The notes below the pieces were generated by a model. It saw nothing but the letters and a program-made list of their open reading frames with translations, searched no databases and was not told where the DNA came from. From positions 1-49,293 of IMG/VR virus record IMGVR_UViG_3300050194_000052: 49,293 nucleotides of DNA. One strand, written 5' to 3'. Below, piece after piece: positions 46,477 through 49,293 of this stretch. The translations under genes and the position numbers were made by a program. Numbering within the stretch: position 1 is the stretch's first letter; every line of letters starts with the position of its first letter. The stretch comes from a virus. Taxonomy: Duplodnaviria; Caudoviricetes.

Positions 46477-47025
46477 ATGCAATCCACCCATAACGCTGAC
46501 AGTGGTAATCTGAAAATCATTCAAATTCTGAGTTACTTCATCAGTAACCCAGAATATGCAGACTGCATGTTTGATCCGATTGAATTAGCTATCCTGAATA
46601 ATGTAGGGAATGCTAAAGCTGGTACAGTTGTTCAAGACCGTCAAACACTCATTGACCACCATAAAATGGTAGAGTCTCTTGATATAACCTCTGCTCAAAT
46701 GTCACGGTTGATGAATGCTCGTCCACTATATTCAAATAACCCACTAGACCCCAATCGCTTTAAACAGATGGAGCAGACCTTATACCAACTGTCAGGGCTT
46801 GTCCCTGTGAGATCCTCTCATGGGCGAGAGTATATCGCCAAGCTAAACCAACACAATAAGGGTGTGGTGTTTGGTTACGAGGGTCGTCAGTTATTGTGGT
46901 GGCATACTCGTTTAAACCACTTCCTTCAGCCCTGTGATCGCTGGATGAGAGCAGCTCGGCCAAATGCAAAGCGGATAACTACCCCCTCTTTGTTCCCCGA
47001 TGTAAAATGGAGTATCGTGTTATGA
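46477..47025 (+). CDS. Hypothetical protein, 182 aa
   Basis: AGGAG RBS. Confidence 0.75.
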   Translation: MQSTHNADSGNLKIIQILSYFISNPEYADCMFDPIELAILNNVGNAKAGTVVQDRQTLIDHHKMVESLDITSAQMSRLMNARPLYSNNPLDPNRFKQMEQTLYQLSGLVPVRSSHGREYIAKLNQHNKGVVFGYEGRQLLWWHTRLNHFLQPCDRWMRAARPNAKRITTPSLFPDVKWSIVL

Positions 47026-47633
47026 ATACTGATATTAGTTACCCTACAACAAAGCCAACCAAGTTTTTTGATTCTGTCTGGCAAACCCCACCCAAGAAAC
47101 CTACCCCTTTGGTACATCTTCAATGTGAGGATGCTCATCTTAATCACAGCTATCAAGTAATGATTGAAGGGCAACAAATCTTTAAACACCGCTGGAAGGG
47201 TTTTGCAGATGCAATGGGTATGGTAGTGAAGTTCTGGGACGATCAGGTGTTTGGTGTATGTGTTGGCAGTTTAAAGCCAAAGTCTTCTAACCCTGATGCG
47301 AAGTATTACAAGCAAGGACAAATCTGGGTTCCCCGTAAGAGTGTACCTGACTCTGGACACAAAGAGCGTCTTGTGGAAGTTACTGCTGCCTTCTTGGATG
47401 AGTTGCAATGCTATTTTGGGCGCTCTGACACATTCCTAATTGGGGATTCATCTCATAGAAACTTCTACAATATGATGGATAGGCCGAATATCATCCATTG
47501 GATGGATTGCCAAAGTATCTATCTGAACAAAGAAGGGTTTATTACCTTCTACGGTGAGGAGAAAAGTATCCGAGAATATATGAGTAAACTCGGATACCCT
47601 CTTGAAACATCTAACCCAGAATGGAGCGAATGA
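47022..47633 (+). CDS. Hypothetical protein
   Basis: GGAG RBS before MNTDIS; ATGA overlap with the previous gene. Confidence 0.7.
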   Translation: MNTDISYPTTKPTKFFDSVWQTPPKKPTPLVHLQCEDAHLNHSYQVMIEGQQIFKHRWKGFADAMGMVVKFWDDQVFGVCVGSLKPKSSNPDAKYYKQGQIWVPRKSVPDSGHKERLVEVTAAFLDELQCYFGRSDTFLIGDSSHRNFYNMMDRPNIIHWMDCQSIYLNKEGFITFYGEEKSIREYMSKLGYPLETSNPEWSE

Positions 47634-48277
47634 AAATGTCTAAGATCGATTTATTGCAAGAGCTAGTGGATTTTGTACGGGCTAACCCCGTGCCAAACTT
47701 TAACCTCCACACATGGAAAACCACGATTGAGGATCACCCCTGTGGCACAACCCACTGTATTCTTGGGTGGGTTGCTGAGAATGAGCAGTGTGGTTTTAGC
47801 ATTATTCCAGCAGGGGGTCATAGTACCATCAAGACTCATGGAATAGATACGGGAGCAATACGGCGAAGTGACTCCTTCGGGATCACTCCTCACGCCTTCG
47901 ATTGGTTATTTATGGTTGATAGTTATGACGAGGGTGTGGATCAAGACGTAGTGCTTGACCGTATCCAAAGTTTCATCGACTGGGGACATCATGAAATTAT
48001 TGATGATTCTGAGGATCAGAGTTATCAGTTGTATCAGCTTGTGGGTTTCAATCCAAACTTTAACCTATGTGATTTTTATGATAAGGTTCAAGCGTTACCC
48101 TTCTCTCTGACTAATCAAGGTTATTCGGTCAGTACACCAGAGTGGCGGCACAGTTTCCAAGAAGCTTTCTTGAGTCAGGCTAATCGCTATTGTTTCTGTT
48201 CTGGTCGGGGCTACCTTGAGCTACAGGTGTTTAATGGGAATACATTCTTAGACTCTTACGATCTAATCCAAGGGTAG
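47621..48277 (+). CDS. Hypothetical phage protein with CGTTHCILGW motif
   Basis: FNLHTW...CGTTHCILGW; the true start is probably a few codons downstream. Confidence 0.7.
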   Translation: MERMKMSKIDLLQELVDFVRANPVPNFNLHTWKTTIEDHPCGTTHCILGWVAENEQCGFSIIPAGGHSTIKTHGIDTGAIRRSDSFGITPHAFDWLFMVDSYDEGVDQDVVLDRIQSFIDWGHHEIIDDSEDQSYQLYQLVGFNPNFNLCDFYDKVQALPFSLTNQGYSVSTPEWRHSFQEAFLSQANRYCFCSGRGYLELQVFNGNTFLDSYDLIQG

Positions 48278-48285
48278 GACTAAAC

Positions 48286-48636
48286 ATGAGCAAGCAAAAC
48301 CCTAAACATAGACCCGAAACCCTACCAGTAAGGACTCTTGAAGAGTCCTTACTGGTAGCTCTCTGGACATCCCAGTATCACAAATGGGCTGAACGGATGT
48401 CCCCTCGTACTGTATCTAATCGTGTAGCGGAGTTTGCAGCACGAGATTACCTGTGTCGCAAGTATCCAGTCTTCACACCAGAATGGGAGCATCCCGATCT
48501 GGTAAATGGCGGGGTGATCATTTCCCCTTCCCATGTGAAGTATGGATACACAGCGGCTAACGATAGCGCAATGGCAAAAACCATTCTTCAAATGCGGAAG
48601 TTAATCCGAAACCCAACACCGGAGATGTCAAAATGA
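48286..48636 (+). CDS. Hypothetical protein, 116 aa
   Basis: AGGA RBS. Confidence 0.7.
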   Translation: MSKQNPKHRPETLPVRTLEESLLVALWTSQYHKWAERMSPRTVSNRVAEFAARDYLCRKYPVFTPEWEHPDLVNGGVIISPSHVKYGYTAANDSAMAKTILQMRKLIRNPTPEMSK

Positions 48637-48983
48637 CCAGACAAGAACTGGAGCGCATCCTTAATGCACTCCTTTTGGTACGCATTGGTAATGGTGGTAT
48701 TTGTACTCAGTTCCATGAGAAGTACCGTATTGTTTGTCCTGATGCTACCTTCAACACACTTGACAAGGCTGAGAACTATCTTAGAACACTCACCCGCAAG
48801 TGGCCTGAATACTCAGGTAATCCTAATTACCCCGTCCCCTCAGATATTGCAGATCTCACCGCGTATATGCGATTCCAGCAGGGCAGTTTATGGTTAGGGG
48901 CTTACGGGATTTCCCGTATGTCCTTACAGGACTTCTTAATCGCTTCAGTCAACGATCACATTCAACTGCAACTCAACCAGTAA
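48633..48983 (+). CDS. WPExSG-domain protein, paralog 5
   Basis: GIC...WPEYSGNPNYPVP...WLGAYGISRMSL. Confidence 0.75.
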   Translation: MTRQELERILNALLLVRIGNGGICTQFHEKYRIVCPDATFNTLDKAENYLRTLTRKWPEYSGNPNYPVPSDIADLTAYMRFQQGSLWLGAYGISRMSLQDFLIASVNDHIQLQLNQ

Positions 48984-49029
48984 TCACACTCAGAACCCAT
49001 AGTAAGAACCCAACACCGGAGATGTCAAA

Positions 49030-49272
49030 ATGACTCGTAAAGTAACCCTTCACTTCAATCTACAAGCATGGGTGAATCAGTTACCTCTGCTTGCAGCCGA
49101 ATCATTCCCTTCACAATACCTGTTCATGACAGGGCGTTACCAACAAGAAGGCGTGGACGATGAGGTAGCTGTAGATATCGTAGACGCTACGGAGATCCAC
49201 TTCGGCTACAAAAACATCATGGTTGCAATGATCTGGGATGACCAGACCAAAACATGGGGTCGCCACTCTTAA
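49030..49272 (+). CDS. Hypothetical protein, 80 aa
   Basis: GGAG RBS within a 28-bp repeat shared with the 48633 gene. Confidence 0.7.
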   Translation: MTRKVTLHFNLQAWVNQLPLLAAESFPSQYLFMTGRYQQEGVDDEVAVDIVDATEIHFGYKNIMVAMIWDDQTKTWGRHS

Positions 49273-49293
49273 CCCTCCCCCCAACCCCAACCC

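Noticed and set aside
1-49293. tRNA genes, integrase or repressor
   Set aside because: None recognised by eye; lifestyle cannot be determined from this partial window.

Overview
About 49 kb of a tailed dsDNA phage genome with siphovirus-type morphogenesis genes. The host is probably a Gram-negative gammaproteobacterium; endolysin style and parS type hint at Moraxellaceae/Pseudomonadales, which is inference only. Positions 1-33.2 kb are a minus-strand late module: GpA-type terminase, portal, protease/scaffold, capsid, tail tube, chaperones, a 2161-aa tape measure with an SLT domain, lambda-like L/K/I/J tip genes, two adaptor plus receptor-binding pairs including an SGNH tailspike, and a GH24 lysin. 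It is interrupted by an inverted nrdAB cassette whose NrdA carries a LAGLIDADG intein. A Prim-Pol/SF3 helicase gene follows on the plus strand. The most unusual part is 36.6-41.3 kb, a plus-strand module saturated with stem-loops. It contains a boxB/boxA-like leader, an ORF looped out by a 31-bp RNA-type stem, a ~700-nt structured ORF-free segment (candidate large ncRNA), a Csx20-like candidate ring nuclease and chromosomal-type parS sites. From 41.6 to 49.3 kb is an array of small early genes with hairpin-locked RBSs, C-rich spacers, a degenerate mini-ClpX and five paralogs of a WPE(Y/H/F)SG domain. All family assignments are by eye from motifs; no searches were run.
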